NCBI GenBank assembly: GCA_964542895.1
Contig: CAZIWT010000003.1
Span: 4,733 to 68,732, forward strand
DNA: 64,000 nucleotides
Direction: 5' to 3'
From: an uncultured Thermodesulfobacteriota bacterium
Lineage (GTDB): Bacteria; Desulfobacterota; Zymogenia; Zymogenales; Zymogenaceae
Shown in pieces: positions 8,508 through 18,060 of the stretch; position 1 is the stretch's first letter, and the number at the start of each line of letters is the position of its first letter. A program made the position numbers and the translations under genes. The notes beneath the pieces were generated by a model that saw nothing but the letters and a program-made list of their open reading frames with translations, made no database searches and had not been told where the DNA came from.

Positions 8508-11500
8508 CTACTCCCAATCCCCCATTATGACGAACGGCGCCCAGTAAAAGGGGTGTGAGAATTTCTCCATCGATTTCAGGGATAACTGGGCTTTTCTCAA
8601 GGCGGTCGGTTTATCCATCCCTTCTTTAAGGTTTTCGTAGAATTTTATCATAAAAAGGGCGGTTGAGTCGTCCGCCACCTCCCACAGCGTCACGACCAGA
8701 GAGGGCGTTCCGGCGTATATGAATCCCCGGGAGAGCCCGATAAGCTCGTCCCCGCGCATGATCTGGGAGAGTCCCGTCTCGCAGGCGGAAAGTACCACGA
8801 GGGACGCGTTTTCGAGGTCAAGCCCGAAGAGCTCATTAACCATCAGAAGCCCGTCGTTTTCCTGGTCTCCCGTGAGGTAGAGGGCGGAGGAGAGTGGGCT
8901 ATCCCCCTTGAACTTCCCGTGACACGCAAGGTGGATAATCCGATAATCGGAAAACCTCTTCTTTCCGAGGGTCTCGGTGGCCCCCTTCCTTATATAGGCG
9001 TCCACGTCCGTCATCACCTCGTTTATCTCCCCCACCTCCTTTTCCGCAAAGGGAAGCGAGGTGTGTTTCGTCTTCGGATTTCCCAGCGCCAGGACTCTGC
9101 CTTCCGGTTTCTTTCTCTTCTCCAATATGAACCTCAAGACGCTCGCGCTCGGATCGACGATCAGGGTGTACTTGTCAACGAGGTAATCCTTCCCGTCGTA
9201 GAGGGCGGAAAAGGGCAGATAATGAAGGGGGCCGTGGGGGATTATAATCAGCTTCTCCTCATCCACATCTACAAGGACGTCGGAAAGGAGGAGATCGTAC
9301 AGCTCCTTCGACTTTTTCTTGAAGTCCTCGAGGTCGAAGCCGTTCAGGGATTTCTTCAGCTCCACTACCTTCTCGAGCGCTTCGTCCCTCTTTATCTTTA
9401 CGGTCTTGACGCTGAAATCGGATCCGGTAATCGAAAAGACGAACAGGTCGTATTCAGTGGTGGTGTAAAACTCCAGTATACGAGTCCCCTCCGGAACCAG
9501 CGCCTGCACCTCGTTTAACGTCATCGGATTTACCGAAACAAGCGAGGCGAGTTCAGGATTGCTGACCCTAATCTCGTTAATAAGCTCGTTATACTCCTTT
9601 TTGACCTCCGATATCTTTCTGGTCTTGATCTTATCCGTGGCCTTCTCTCCCGATTCACCGTCCGAGACACCTTCGCCGGGGGAGCCCCCGCCGTCTTTGC
9701 CGTACAACTTCGTCAAGGTCTCCCTCAGGTTTTCCTCCCGCTCGATCAGCTTCCTGTCCGACTCCCCACCGACCACGACATTTTTCGTCCCCAGCATATC
9801 GAGAAACGACCTCGAGCGGGAGCGCTCCATGTAATTGAACGCGTCATCGTATCGCTTAAGCTGTATAAGCGTCCAGATCATATATTCGTAGGCGTCTATC
9901 TTTCCCTTGGCGTAGGTGGTGCGGTGGGCCTCGCCCCCGATCTCCCCCCTCACCTTCTCGACGGCGTCAATGGCGATCTTGTAGTAGTCCACGGCCTTCC
10001 CGTAATCTTTCAGGTGCATGTAGCTGTAGCCGAGATATGCGGCGCTGAAGCCGTAATAATTGATGTTGTCAATCTCCGCGCCCTTCTTCAGAGCCGGCTT
10101 TAGATATTTTATCGCCTTTTTGTAGTCCTCCTTCCCGGCGTAGAGCATCCCCAGTATCAGGGGGTCCTTGGCGGCCTTAAGGGTCGGCGCGTGTTTTTTG
10201 GCTATTCTCAGGGCCTTGGAATAGTAGTAGGACATCTTTACGGTGTTTCCGGTCAGGTAGTATGAAAAGCCTATCCCGGCAAGTGCGAATCCCTCCCCCA
10301 CGGGATCGTCTATCTCCCTGAAGATATCCAGGGCCTGGGTGTATATTTTCCTGGCCTCGAGGGGGGTCTCAACGTTGTTTTTCAAGGACGCGATCCCGAT
10401 AAGGCAGTAGGCCTCTCCCTTCCTGTTTCCCAGCTCCCTGTATAACTTCAAGGACTTTTCATAATATGGGAGTGCGCTTTTGTAATCTGAGAGGCTCGTA
10501 TATGTCCCGGCGATATCCCTCGATATCTCGGCCTGATAAGCTTTGTCCTCCAGCTCATCGGCGATGGCGAGGGCCTCTTTGAGGTAAGACAGCGCCTTCT
10601 CGTACCGGGCCATTACGTCGTACACTTTTCCGATCAGCTTCAGGCATAAGGCCTCGTTCCGTCTGTTACCCATCTTTCTTGAAATTTCCAGTCCCTTCTC
10701 AAAACTGCCTATCGATTCTTTGTGCTTATTGTTATCCTCCAGAAGAACGCCTATGTATATGTGGATCATAACCACAACCCGATAGTCCTCGGACTCGTCG
10801 TAGATCTCAAGGGCCCTCTTGAAAGCGGAGAGCGCATCGTCCGCTCGGCCCAGTTTCTTGTAAACGTTACCCAGGTCTATCAAGGTATTCCCCATACCCC
10901 TCTTATCTGCCGACTTCTCGTACAGCGCAAGTCCCTTTTCGCAATATGTGAGGGCGGTTTTGTGATCGGAAAGGGCGGAATATGCGGCGCCGATATCCCT
11001 TAAGAGCTTGGCCTCGGATCTTTTATCGCCCAGTTTTTGGGCAACGGTCAGGGCCTCATCAAAGTAAAAAAGCCCCTTGTCGCGTTTTCCCATAAGATTG
11101 TAGAGCTTACCTATGCTTATCAGGCATCTCGTCTCCCCACGCTTGTCGGCAAGCTCCCTGTATATCTTTAGGGCCTTCTCAAAGCTCGAGACCGCCTCTT
11201 CATGTTTGGCCTGCTTCTCCAAGGCGGTGCCTATATATGTATACACCCTTGCAAGGCTCGGCTTGTCGTCGATCTCGCCGTAGGGTATTATCGCCTCCCG
11301 GTACCTGGAGATCGCCTCGTCCAGCCGCTTTTGGGCGAGCATCGCAACACCCATCCTTATCAGCGTGTCACCCATTCCCTTTTTATCCCCCGCCTTCTCG
11401 AAGAGGACGAGGGCCTTCTCGTAGTTTTCGAGCGCCGATGAGTAATCCGATTTCCCCAGGAACTCGTTTCCCTTTTTAAAATAAATATTGTCGTTGTCTT

Positions 11501-11576
11501 TACCTGCGGCCGGGCCCGGCAAGAATGCAGTGATTAGAACGAAAAGGATGAATATAATTGAAGCCGTCCTCTTCAT
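8508..11576 (-). CDS. secreted TPR-repeat protein with C-terminal CHAT (caspase-like) protease domain
   Basis: 1022 aa. N-terminal signal peptide. About 14 TPR-like repeats (recurring LxxAxxxYxKALxI motifs). The C-terminal domain carries the CHAT catalytic dyad context HLACHG ... LVVLSACETG. GGGAGG RBS. Confidence 0.85.
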   Translation of the reverse strand: MKRTASIIFILFVLITAFLPGPAAGKDNDNIYFKKGNEFLGKSDYSSALENYEKALVLFEKAGDKKGMGDTLIRMGVAMLAQKRLDEAISRYREAIIPYGEIDDKPSLARVYTYIGTALEKQAKHEEAVSSFEKALKIYRELADKRGETRCLISIGKLYNLMGKRDKGLFYFDEALTVAQKLGDKRSEAKLLRDIGAAYSALSDHKTALTYCEKGLALYEKSADKRGMGNTLIDLGNVYKKLGRADDALSAFKRALEIYDESEDYRVVVMIHIYIGVLLEDNNKHKESIGSFEKGLEISRKMGNRRNEALCLKLIGKVYDVMARYEKALSYLKEALAIADELEDKAYQAEISRDIAGTYTSLSDYKSALPYYEKSLKLYRELGNRKGEAYCLIGIASLKNNVETPLEARKIYTQALDIFREIDDPVGEGFALAGIGFSYYLTGNTVKMSYYYSKALRIAKKHAPTLKAAKDPLILGMLYAGKEDYKKAIKYLKPALKKGAEIDNINYYGFSAAYLGYSYMHLKDYGKAVDYYKIAIDAVEKVRGEIGGEAHRTTYAKGKIDAYEYMIWTLIQLKRYDDAFNYMERSRSRSFLDMLGTKNVVVGGESDRKLIEREENLRETLTKLYGKDGGGSPGEGVSDGESGEKATDKIKTRKISEVKKEYNELINEIRVSNPELASLVSVNPMTLNEVQALVPEGTRILEFYTTTEYDLFVFSITGSDFSVKTVKIKRDEALEKVVELKKSLNGFDLEDFKKKSKELYDLLLSDVLVDVDEEKLIIIPHGPLHYLPFSALYDGKDYLVDKYTLIVDPSASVLRFILEKRKKPEGRVLALGNPKTKHTSLPFAEKEVGEINEVMTDVDAYIRKGATETLGKKRFSDYRIIHLACHGKFKGDSPLSSALYLTGDQENDGLLMVNELFGLDLENASLVVLSACETGLSQIMRGDELIGLSRGFIYAGTPSLVVTLWEVADDSTALFMIKFYENLKEGMDKPTALRKAQLSLKSMEKFSHPFYWAPFVIMGDWE

Positions 11577-11881
11577 TTTGACCTCCCATCTCTCATTAAA
11601 GAGAAAATAATTAGTCCAAAATCCCCTATTTATCCGCTATTTTAGTACAAAAAGGGTCTATGTAAAGGATTTTTTTATTCCTTAGGACAATCCGGTTCAC
11701 CGAATCCGTAATATTGTATTGTATTCAGGTCAAAAACAGTCTGAAGCCGATCGCTCTTTACAAAAAATTTTTGCTATTTCACCCCTTTACTTATCTTTAA
11801 AATAGCGATATTATTATGGCTGTCAAACTTTTTCACACACCGCAGATTTCTATTTTCAATTCAAATTATCGGGAGGCCAAT

Positions 11882-12280
11882 ATGAAACGAAAATTTATCG
11901 CTTCGATCATTTTAACATCCCTCCTCCTCATCACGACAATCTCCCTTGCTGGGGGAATCGAATCCTACTACAAGATGAAGGGGGTCGTCAAAAAGGACGG
12001 CGTGGATACCTACGGCCAGGTTTTTAAGAAGGCGACCGAAACGAGCAAGTACCTCGTCCTTACCGGCGATGTCGCCTTTCTCGTCGACGTCGCGTCAAAG
12101 ACGGTCCACGACGTGGCGGTAAACAGCGTAAACGACAAGACAAGGCCGGCGAAGATAAGCATCGGGATCATCTCCGAGGTTTCCGGCGCCGATTTCCGCT
12201 CCAAGGCAGAGACGGGAAGGCTGGGCTTCTCCTTCTCCTCCAAGGGGAGCAGGTATGTCGTCGTGGTAGAGGGAGGATAG
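11882..12280 (+). CDS. small secreted protein (signal peptide), unknown function
   Basis: Starts MKRKFIASIILTSLLLITTISLAGG, with a GGGAGG RBS upstream of the ATG at 11882. The ORF track starts earlier, at 11816. Confidence 0.5.
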   Translation: MKRKFIASIILTSLLLITTISLAGGIESYYKMKGVVKKDGVDTYGQVFKKATETSKYLVLTGDVAFLVDVASKTVHDVAVNSVNDKTRPAKISIGIISEVSGADFRSKAETGRLGFSFSSKGSRYVVVVEGG

Positions 12281-12574
12281 AGTAGGGATAGAGAGTCGGG
12301 GCCGACTTCGGATCGGATGGGGAAACGGTTTCTTCGAGATATCAAAATTTGCGGCTCGGCACCTCCCCACGATTTTCATGGAGAAATGCTCCGATCTTCG
12401 GGGTTCTAACTGCTGCTTAACCGGGGCTGGTTAAATATCATTTCTGTCTTGATTGAGTATTAATAAGGGCAGGGGGAAAGAGATTCCTGCGTCTTTTTAA
12501 GGATTCGGAGACATTTCGTTTAGGCTGGCTTTTTCGAAGATCCTACTGCTTTATCGATTTTCATGGAGGAGGTA

Positions 12575-13897
12575 ATGGATAAGATTCAATTTCCGAAGGG
12601 ATTTCTGTGGGGCGGGGCGACCGCCTCCCACCAGGTGGAGGGCGGAAACGTAAACAACGACTGGTTCATAATGGAGCAACAGCCGGGAAAGATCATAGAC
12701 GGGAGCGTATCCGGCGACGCCTGTGACCACTACAACCGCTACCCCGAGGACTTCAAGCTTTTAAGCAAGCTCAATCACAACACCCACAGGTTCTCGGTCG
12801 AGTGGAGCCGGGTCGAGCCGGCAAAGGACTATTTCTCTCAGGTCGAGATAGATCACTACAAGAACGTCATAAAGTGCCTCAAGGATCTAAAGATCGAGCC
12901 TATGGTAACCCTTCACCACTTCACCACGCCCGTCTGGCTGGCCAGGCTCGGCGGGTGGAAAAACCCCGAGGCGGTAAGCCGATTCGAGAAGTTCGCAAGG
13001 GTAATGGCGGAGGCCTTCGGAAAGGACGTCAAGCTCTGGCTCCCGATAAACGAGCCGATGGTCTACACCGTCCTGTCGTACATGGACGGGGAGTACGCCC
13101 CTGCGGAGAAGAGGTTCTTCAAGGCGTTCAAGGTCCTGTACCACATGATTAAGGCGCACGCGGTCTCCTATCACACAATAAAGGATGTGAACCCAAACGC
13201 CCAGGTGGGATTCAACAGACATATGAGGGTCTTCGATCCCCTGAGGGAGGACAATCCCCGGGACGCTTGGGTCGCAAAAAATCAAAACAAGAGCTTCAAC
13301 CTTGACAGCCTCGAAACGCTTTATACCGGGGAGTCGGCCGGATTTATTAAGGTGCCGAGGAGGGACAGGGAGCTCATCCGGGGGAAGTTTGACTTTATGA
13401 CCTTGAACTACTACGCCAGGGACAGCATCAAGTTCGATCTTCTTGCGCCGGGGAGGCTCTTCGGCAAGGCTGTTTTCCCGGAAGGGGCGGAGGCCTCCCA
13501 CGAGGGGGCCACCGGCGACAGGCCGGAGGGGGAGGTCTATCCCCACGGCATCTACAGGCTTCTGAAGCTCCTCTCGAAATACGGGAAGCCCCTCTACGTG
13601 ACCGAAAACGGGATAGGCACCGACGACGACAGGAAGAGGATCAGCTACGTCGTCCGGCATATCGCAGAAGTCGGAAAGGCAATCAAGGACGGGATGGACG
13701 TCAGGGGCTACTACCACTGGTCCACGCTTGACAACTTCGAGTGGGCGGAAGGGTACACCATGCGCTTCGGGATGATCCATGTCGACTTCGAGACCCAGAA
13801 GCGGACGGTAAAGGAGTCGGCAAAGGTCTTCTCCGACATCGCGAAGAAGAACTGCATCGACGGCGCCCTCCTCAAAAAATACGGGGTGAGCTTATAG
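12575..13897 (+). CDS. glycoside hydrolase family 1 beta-glucosidase
   Basis: GH1 signatures: FLWGGATASHQVEGG at the N-terminus, the acid/base motif LPINEP, the nucleophile motif YVTENG, and HWSTLDNFEWAEGY. GGAGGAGG RBS before the ATG at 12575. Confidence 0.85.
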   Translation: MDKIQFPKGFLWGGATASHQVEGGNVNNDWFIMEQQPGKIIDGSVSGDACDHYNRYPEDFKLLSKLNHNTHRFSVEWSRVEPAKDYFSQVEIDHYKNVIKCLKDLKIEPMVTLHHFTTPVWLARLGGWKNPEAVSRFEKFARVMAEAFGKDVKLWLPINEPMVYTVLSYMDGEYAPAEKRFFKAFKVLYHMIKAHAVSYHTIKDVNPNAQVGFNRHMRVFDPLREDNPRDAWVAKNQNKSFNLDSLETLYTGESAGFIKVPRRDRELIRGKFDFMTLNYYARDSIKFDLLAPGRLFGKAVFPEGAEASHEGATGDRPEGEVYPHGIYRLLKLLSKYGKPLYVTENGIGTDDDRKRISYVVRHIAEVGKAIKDGMDVRGYYHWSTLDNFEWAEGYTMRFGMIHVDFETQKRTVKESAKVFSDIAKKNCIDGALLKKYGVSL

Positions 13898-13905
13898 AAA
13901 GACGT

Positions 13906-14916
13906 CTGAACATAACGGCCAAGAGGATCTACTTCATCGTGGCGTTCCTGTTAATCATAATCGTCCTGGGGACGCTCGGCTACGTGGCGATAGAGGGGTG
14001 GGGATTTTTAGACGCCCTCTACATGACCGTAATCACGCTGACCACGACCGGCTACAGCGAGGTACACCCTCTAAACACCGGCGGCCGCATCTTTACGATA
14101 GTCGTTTTGACCTCCGGCTTTTTTGCCACGGTCGTGGCGGTGGGTGCGCTGACGCATTTTCTCATAGAGAGTCAGATCATCGAAATATTTGGGAGGCGAA
14201 GGATGGCCAAAGAGATACAGGCCCTCAAAGACCACTACATTATATGCGGGTACGGCAGGATTGGCAAGGTTATAGCCGGGGAGCTGGCTTCAAACGATAT
14301 TCCTTTTGTCGTTGTCGACTCGTCCTACGAGAAGGTCGAAGAGATCACGATGGACGGCTATATAGCCCTTCTGGGGAACTCTGTGGACGAGAGCGTTCTT
14401 GTCAGCGCCGGCATCATGAGGGCGAGGGGCCTCATAGCGTGCGTGAGCACGCCGGCCGACAACGTCTACATAACGCTGACGGCACGGGCCTTGAAGCCTG
14501 ACATCTTCGTCATGGGACGGGCGAACGACGAGACCTCGGAAAAGAGGCTCATCTCCGCCGGCGCTGACAAGGTCGTATCGCCCTACTCCATCGGCGGCAG
14601 GCGAATGGCCAACATCATTTTGAAGCCGGCCGTTGTGGAGTTCATAGATATCGCCGTGGGGAGGAAAGACCTGATGCTCGCCATCGAAGAGATAACGATT
14701 TGTACGGGGTCTTCCCTCATAGGCAAGACGATAGTCGACTCAGGGATAAAGAAGAGCTACGGCGTTATAGTGGTTGCCATCCTCAAGATGGGGGGGAAGA
14801 TGATCTTCAACCCGGAGACAACCTCGAAGATCGATGAGGGCGACGTACTGGTGGCCCTGGGCGAATATGAAAACCTGAAAAAATTGGCCCGGGCCTGTTT
14901 AATAAAGGAAAGATAA
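13906..14916 (+). CDS. 2-TM potassium channel with cytoplasmic RCK (TrkA-N/TrkA-C) domain, MthK/Kch-like; start codon uncertain
   Basis: TM1, a pore helix, a TTTGYSE filter and TM2, followed by the Rossmann motif ICGYGRIGK and a TrkA-C-like C-terminus. There is no in-frame ATG between the GH1 stop (13897) and TM1. Candidate starts are CTG at 13906 and GTG at 13939. The ORF stays open upstream to an ATG at 13741 inside the GH1 gene. Confidence 0.65.
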   Translation: MNITAKRIYFIVAFLLIIIVLGTLGYVAIEGWGFLDALYMTVITLTTTGYSEVHPLNTGGRIFTIVVLTSGFFATVVAVGALTHFLIESQIIEIFGRRRMAKEIQALKDHYIICGYGRIGKVIAGELASNDIPFVVVDSSYEKVEEITMDGYIALLGNSVDESVLVSAGIMRARGLIACVSTPADNVYITLTARALKPDIFVMGRANDETSEKRLISAGADKVVSPYSIGGRRMANIILKPAVVEFIDIAVGRKDLMLAIEEITICTGSSLIGKTIVDSGIKKSYGVIVVAILKMGGKMIFNPETTSKIDEGDVLVALGEYENLKKLARACLIKER

Positions 14917-14918
14917 AA

Positions 14919-17135
14919 ATGAAAAGCAGAACAGGTCTTGTCATAGGAATTGCCATCTCGATCCTGGTCATCCTCCTGGGGAGATTCGGCATCGGGTTCA
15001 TGGACACCCTCGAAAACAAGATACTCGACTTCAGGTTTCTTATAAGGGGCAAGGTGGATGCCGGCGGGCAGGTAATCATAATAGCAATCGACGAGAAGAC
15101 GCTGGACGAGCTCGGGCGCTGGCCCTTTCCGAGGAGCTATTTCGTCGACGTGGTTAAAAACCTCAACGAGAACGGCGTCAAGGTACTGGGATTCGATATG
15201 ATTTTCAGCGAGCCGGACATATACTCGGGGATAACCACCATCGACTACATCGAGAAGGAGGTAAGAAAAAATGACCTGATAAACTCAAACGTAAACAGGA
15301 TACTCCTGAATGCAAGGGACAAGCTCGACAACGACCGTCACCTCTCAGAGGAGATGAAAAAAACGCCTGAGGCGATCCTCGGGTATTTCTTCCACGCAAA
15401 ACGGGATGCAATCGCCCACCTCACGGATGAACAGTTAGAGGAGAATATCAAGGGGCTAAAGAAATCGAGCTTCAGTCTGGTTATCTACGATTCGGAAGGA
15501 GCAAAAAAAACCCCCTTCAGGATGGGCCTCTCCCCGGAGCCGAACATCCCGGCCATCTCGGAGGCCGCCGACGGATTCGGCTACTTCAACATCTTCCCGG
15601 ACGGCGACGGGACGATAAGGTGGTCGCCCCTGACGATGAAGTGCGGGGACATCTTCTATCCGTCCCTGGCCCTCGAAATAGCAAGGGCCTACCTCAACGC
15701 CCCCAATCCCGATATATATATCTCCGAGGACGGGGCGTATAAAATCGTTCTTGGAGATATAGATATCCCCACCAACTCCAGGGGGGAGCTTTTGATCAAC
15801 TACCGGGGCGGCGTCAGGACATTTCCCCACTACTCCTTTTACGACGTCCTAAAAAACCGCGTTCCCGGGGAGTCTCTCGAGAACAAGATCGCCATCATAG
15901 GAACCGTGGCCGTCGGGACATACGATTTGAGGGTGACACCCATGGGGAGCGACTTCCCCGGGATGGAGGTCAACGCCAATATCATCGATAACATCCTGAA
16001 CAGGGATTTCCTGTTCGTCCCTCCCTGGGCGCCTTATTTCAACCTGCTGTTGGTCCTTGTGATAGGGACCGTAATGGGACTCACAATACCCCGGCTCTCC
16101 GCCTGGCGCGGCACCCTCGTGGCCATTGCGGTTACGGGCCTGTGGCTGATAACGGCGGAATATCTCTTCCAAGGAAAGGGGATGTGGATCTTTATCCTCC
16201 CTCCCCTGTTGGCCATAGTGCTCTCCTACACGGTCTTAACGCTGATCCGCTACATAACGGTCGAGCGGGTGGGCCGCCAGATAAGAAACGCCTTCCAGTT
16301 TTACGTCTCGGGGGCCGTTGTAAGGGAGATATTGAAAGACCCCTCGATGCTGACCCTCGGCGGTGAGAGGAAAGACATCTCCGTCCTCTTTTCCGACATC
16401 AAGGGCTTCACGTCCCTCTCCGAGGGGCTGTCTCCGGAGGATCTGGTTCAGATATTGAACGAGTATCTGACGAAGATGACCGACGTGGTTTTCAGCCACA
16501 TGGGGCTTTTGGACAAATACATCGGCGACGCCATCATGGCGGTCTACGGAGCGCCCCTCCCTCAGCCAGACCACCCCCTCAAGGCGTGCCTTACGGCCCT
16601 GGACATGAGGGCGGATCTGATGGAGCTTCAGAAAAGATGGGAATCCACGGGAAGGCCGAAGCTCGAGATAAGAATCGGAATAAACAGCGGGTACGCCGTG
16701 GTCGGGAACATGGGATCCAAGAAGAGATTCGACTACACGGTAATGGGCGACAACGTGAACCTGGCCTCGAGGCTTGAAAATCTAAACAAGGTCTACAACA
16801 CGAAGATCCTCATCTCCGAGAACACCTACGTAAACGTAAAGGACGACATATCGGTAAGGGAACTCGACCTGGTGAGGGTAAGGGGCAAGACGATTCCCGT
16901 CAAGATATACGAGATGATCGGGAGAATTGGGGAGAATCCCGAAGAGGAGAAGATGGCGGAGACATTTCTCCGCGGCCTGAAGGAGACGAGGAGAAAAAAC
17001 TGGGAGGCGGCCCTTGAAATATTCGGGGATTTAAACAAGAAATACCCCCGCGATGTCCCAACATCCCTCTACATCAACAGGATCAAGAGGGCCATCTCCA
17101 ATCCTCCGCCTGAGGATTGGGACGGCGTATTTTGA
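14919..17135 (+). CDS. CHASE2 sensor domain adenylate/guanylate cyclase
   Basis: 738 aa. An N-terminal TM is followed by a periplasmic CHASE2-like region, 3-4 TM helices, and a class III cyclase catalytic domain (FSDIKGFTSLSE, IGDAIMAVYGAP, GINSGYAVVGNMGS, NLASRLE). It starts 3 nt after the channel gene's stop. Confidence 0.85.
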   Translation: MKSRTGLVIGIAISILVILLGRFGIGFMDTLENKILDFRFLIRGKVDAGGQVIIIAIDEKTLDELGRWPFPRSYFVDVVKNLNENGVKVLGFDMIFSEPDIYSGITTIDYIEKEVRKNDLINSNVNRILLNARDKLDNDRHLSEEMKKTPEAILGYFFHAKRDAIAHLTDEQLEENIKGLKKSSFSLVIYDSEGAKKTPFRMGLSPEPNIPAISEAADGFGYFNIFPDGDGTIRWSPLTMKCGDIFYPSLALEIARAYLNAPNPDIYISEDGAYKIVLGDIDIPTNSRGELLINYRGGVRTFPHYSFYDVLKNRVPGESLENKIAIIGTVAVGTYDLRVTPMGSDFPGMEVNANIIDNILNRDFLFVPPWAPYFNLLLVLVIGTVMGLTIPRLSAWRGTLVAIAVTGLWLITAEYLFQGKGMWIFILPPLLAIVLSYTVLTLIRYITVERVGRQIRNAFQFYVSGAVVREILKDPSMLTLGGERKDISVLFSDIKGFTSLSEGLSPEDLVQILNEYLTKMTDVVFSHMGLLDKYIGDAIMAVYGAPLPQPDHPLKACLTALDMRADLMELQKRWESTGRPKLEIRIGINSGYAVVGNMGSKKRFDYTVMGDNVNLASRLENLNKVYNTKILISENTYVNVKDDISVRELDLVRVRGKTIPVKIYEMIGRIGENPEEEKMAETFLRGLKETRRKNWEAALEIFGDLNKKYPRDVPTSLYINRIKRAISNPPPEDWDGVF

Positions 17136-17259
17136 GAGGGGCTAAAAAATGTTGAATATCTTGCTAATTTTTACTATATGCTATAAAATATAGAAATATA
17201 TAAACAGAAATAGACACCCAAAGAAAATACGATAGTAACAAATAGATAAGGAGCCCGAT

Positions 17260-18033
17260 ATGTTGAGGTTCTTATCGACCGTGGGGGGATGGGTTACAGA
17301 CAAGGTGGCCGAGATCGGCAAGGTAACGATTCTCTTCCTCGACGCCGTCCGCTGGACGTTCGTCCCGCCTTTCAGGTTCAAAAACATCCTGCGCCAGATG
17401 GAGTTTGTGGGTGTCAAGTCGATAAACATCGTCCTCTTTACCGGGGCCTTTACGGGGATGGTCCTGGCCCTTCAGGGGTATCTGACCTTCAAGCTTTTTA
17501 ACGCCGAGAGCCTGGTGGGGGCCACCGTTGCCGTTGCCATGGCGCGGGAGATGGGCCCCGTTATCTCCGCCTTCATGGTAATCGCGAGGGCGGGCTCCGC
17601 CATGGCGGCCGAGCTCGGAACAATGCGCGTAACGGAGCAGATCGACGCCCTCGTGTCGATGTCGATAAATCCCGTTAAATACCTCGTGGTTCCGAGGATA
17701 ATCGCCGGAATTACGATGATGCCGATCCTCGCGTCGATCTTCTCCCTGGCCGGTTTTCTGGGATCTTACTTTGCCGGGGTAAAACTCCTCGGGATAAACG
17801 CAGGGGTCTTTATGGGAAGGGTCTATGAAATCCTTAATATGGAGGATTTTACAAACGGAATTATCAAATCGATCTTTTTCGGACTCCTCTTTACGCTAAT
17901 CGCCTGCTACTACGGATTCAACGCCAGAGGCGGAGCCGCCGGTGTGGGTATTGCCACAAACAAGGCCGTCGTGGTCGGCTGCGTAACGATAGTCATCAGC
18001 GATTACTTCTTAACGGCGATAATGTTCAGTTGA
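17260..18033 (+). CDS. mlaE: ABC transporter permease MlaE
   Basis: 257 aa. The MlaE/Ttg2B family sequence is conserved throughout (for example GPVISAFMVIARAGSAMAAELGTMRVTEQIDAL). AAGGAG RBS. Confidence 0.85.
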   Translation: MLRFLSTVGGWVTDKVAEIGKVTILFLDAVRWTFVPPFRFKNILRQMEFVGVKSINIVLFTGAFTGMVLALQGYLTFKLFNAESLVGATVAVAMAREMGPVISAFMVIARAGSAMAAELGTMRVTEQIDALVSMSINPVKYLVVPRIIAGITMMPILASIFSLAGFLGSYFAGVKLLGINAGVFMGRVYEILNMEDFTNGIIKSIFFGLLFTLIACYYGFNARGGAAGVGIATNKAVVVGCVTIVISDYFLTAIMFS

Positions 18034-18060
18034 TTATCGGAGACAGGGCAAGAAAAAAAT

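Noticed and set aside
8919-11479. Several 80-200-aa plus-strand ORFs (8919-9518, 9559-9834, 10722-11003, 11202-11479)
   Set aside because: All are antisense within the 3-kb TPR-CHAT gene, which has strong domain support. They are typical shadow ORFs of a GC-rich coding region.
12887-13780. 297-aa minus-strand ORF
   Set aside because: Antisense to the GH1 beta-glucosidase, whose catalytic motifs are intact. Its composition is Pro/Arg/Val-rich with no start context.
13741-13905. ATG at 13741 as start of the K+ channel
   Set aside because: It would require a 157-nt out-of-frame overlap with the GH1 gene and would add an Arg-rich, low-complexity N-terminus. A non-ATG start near 13906-13939 is more plausible but unresolved.
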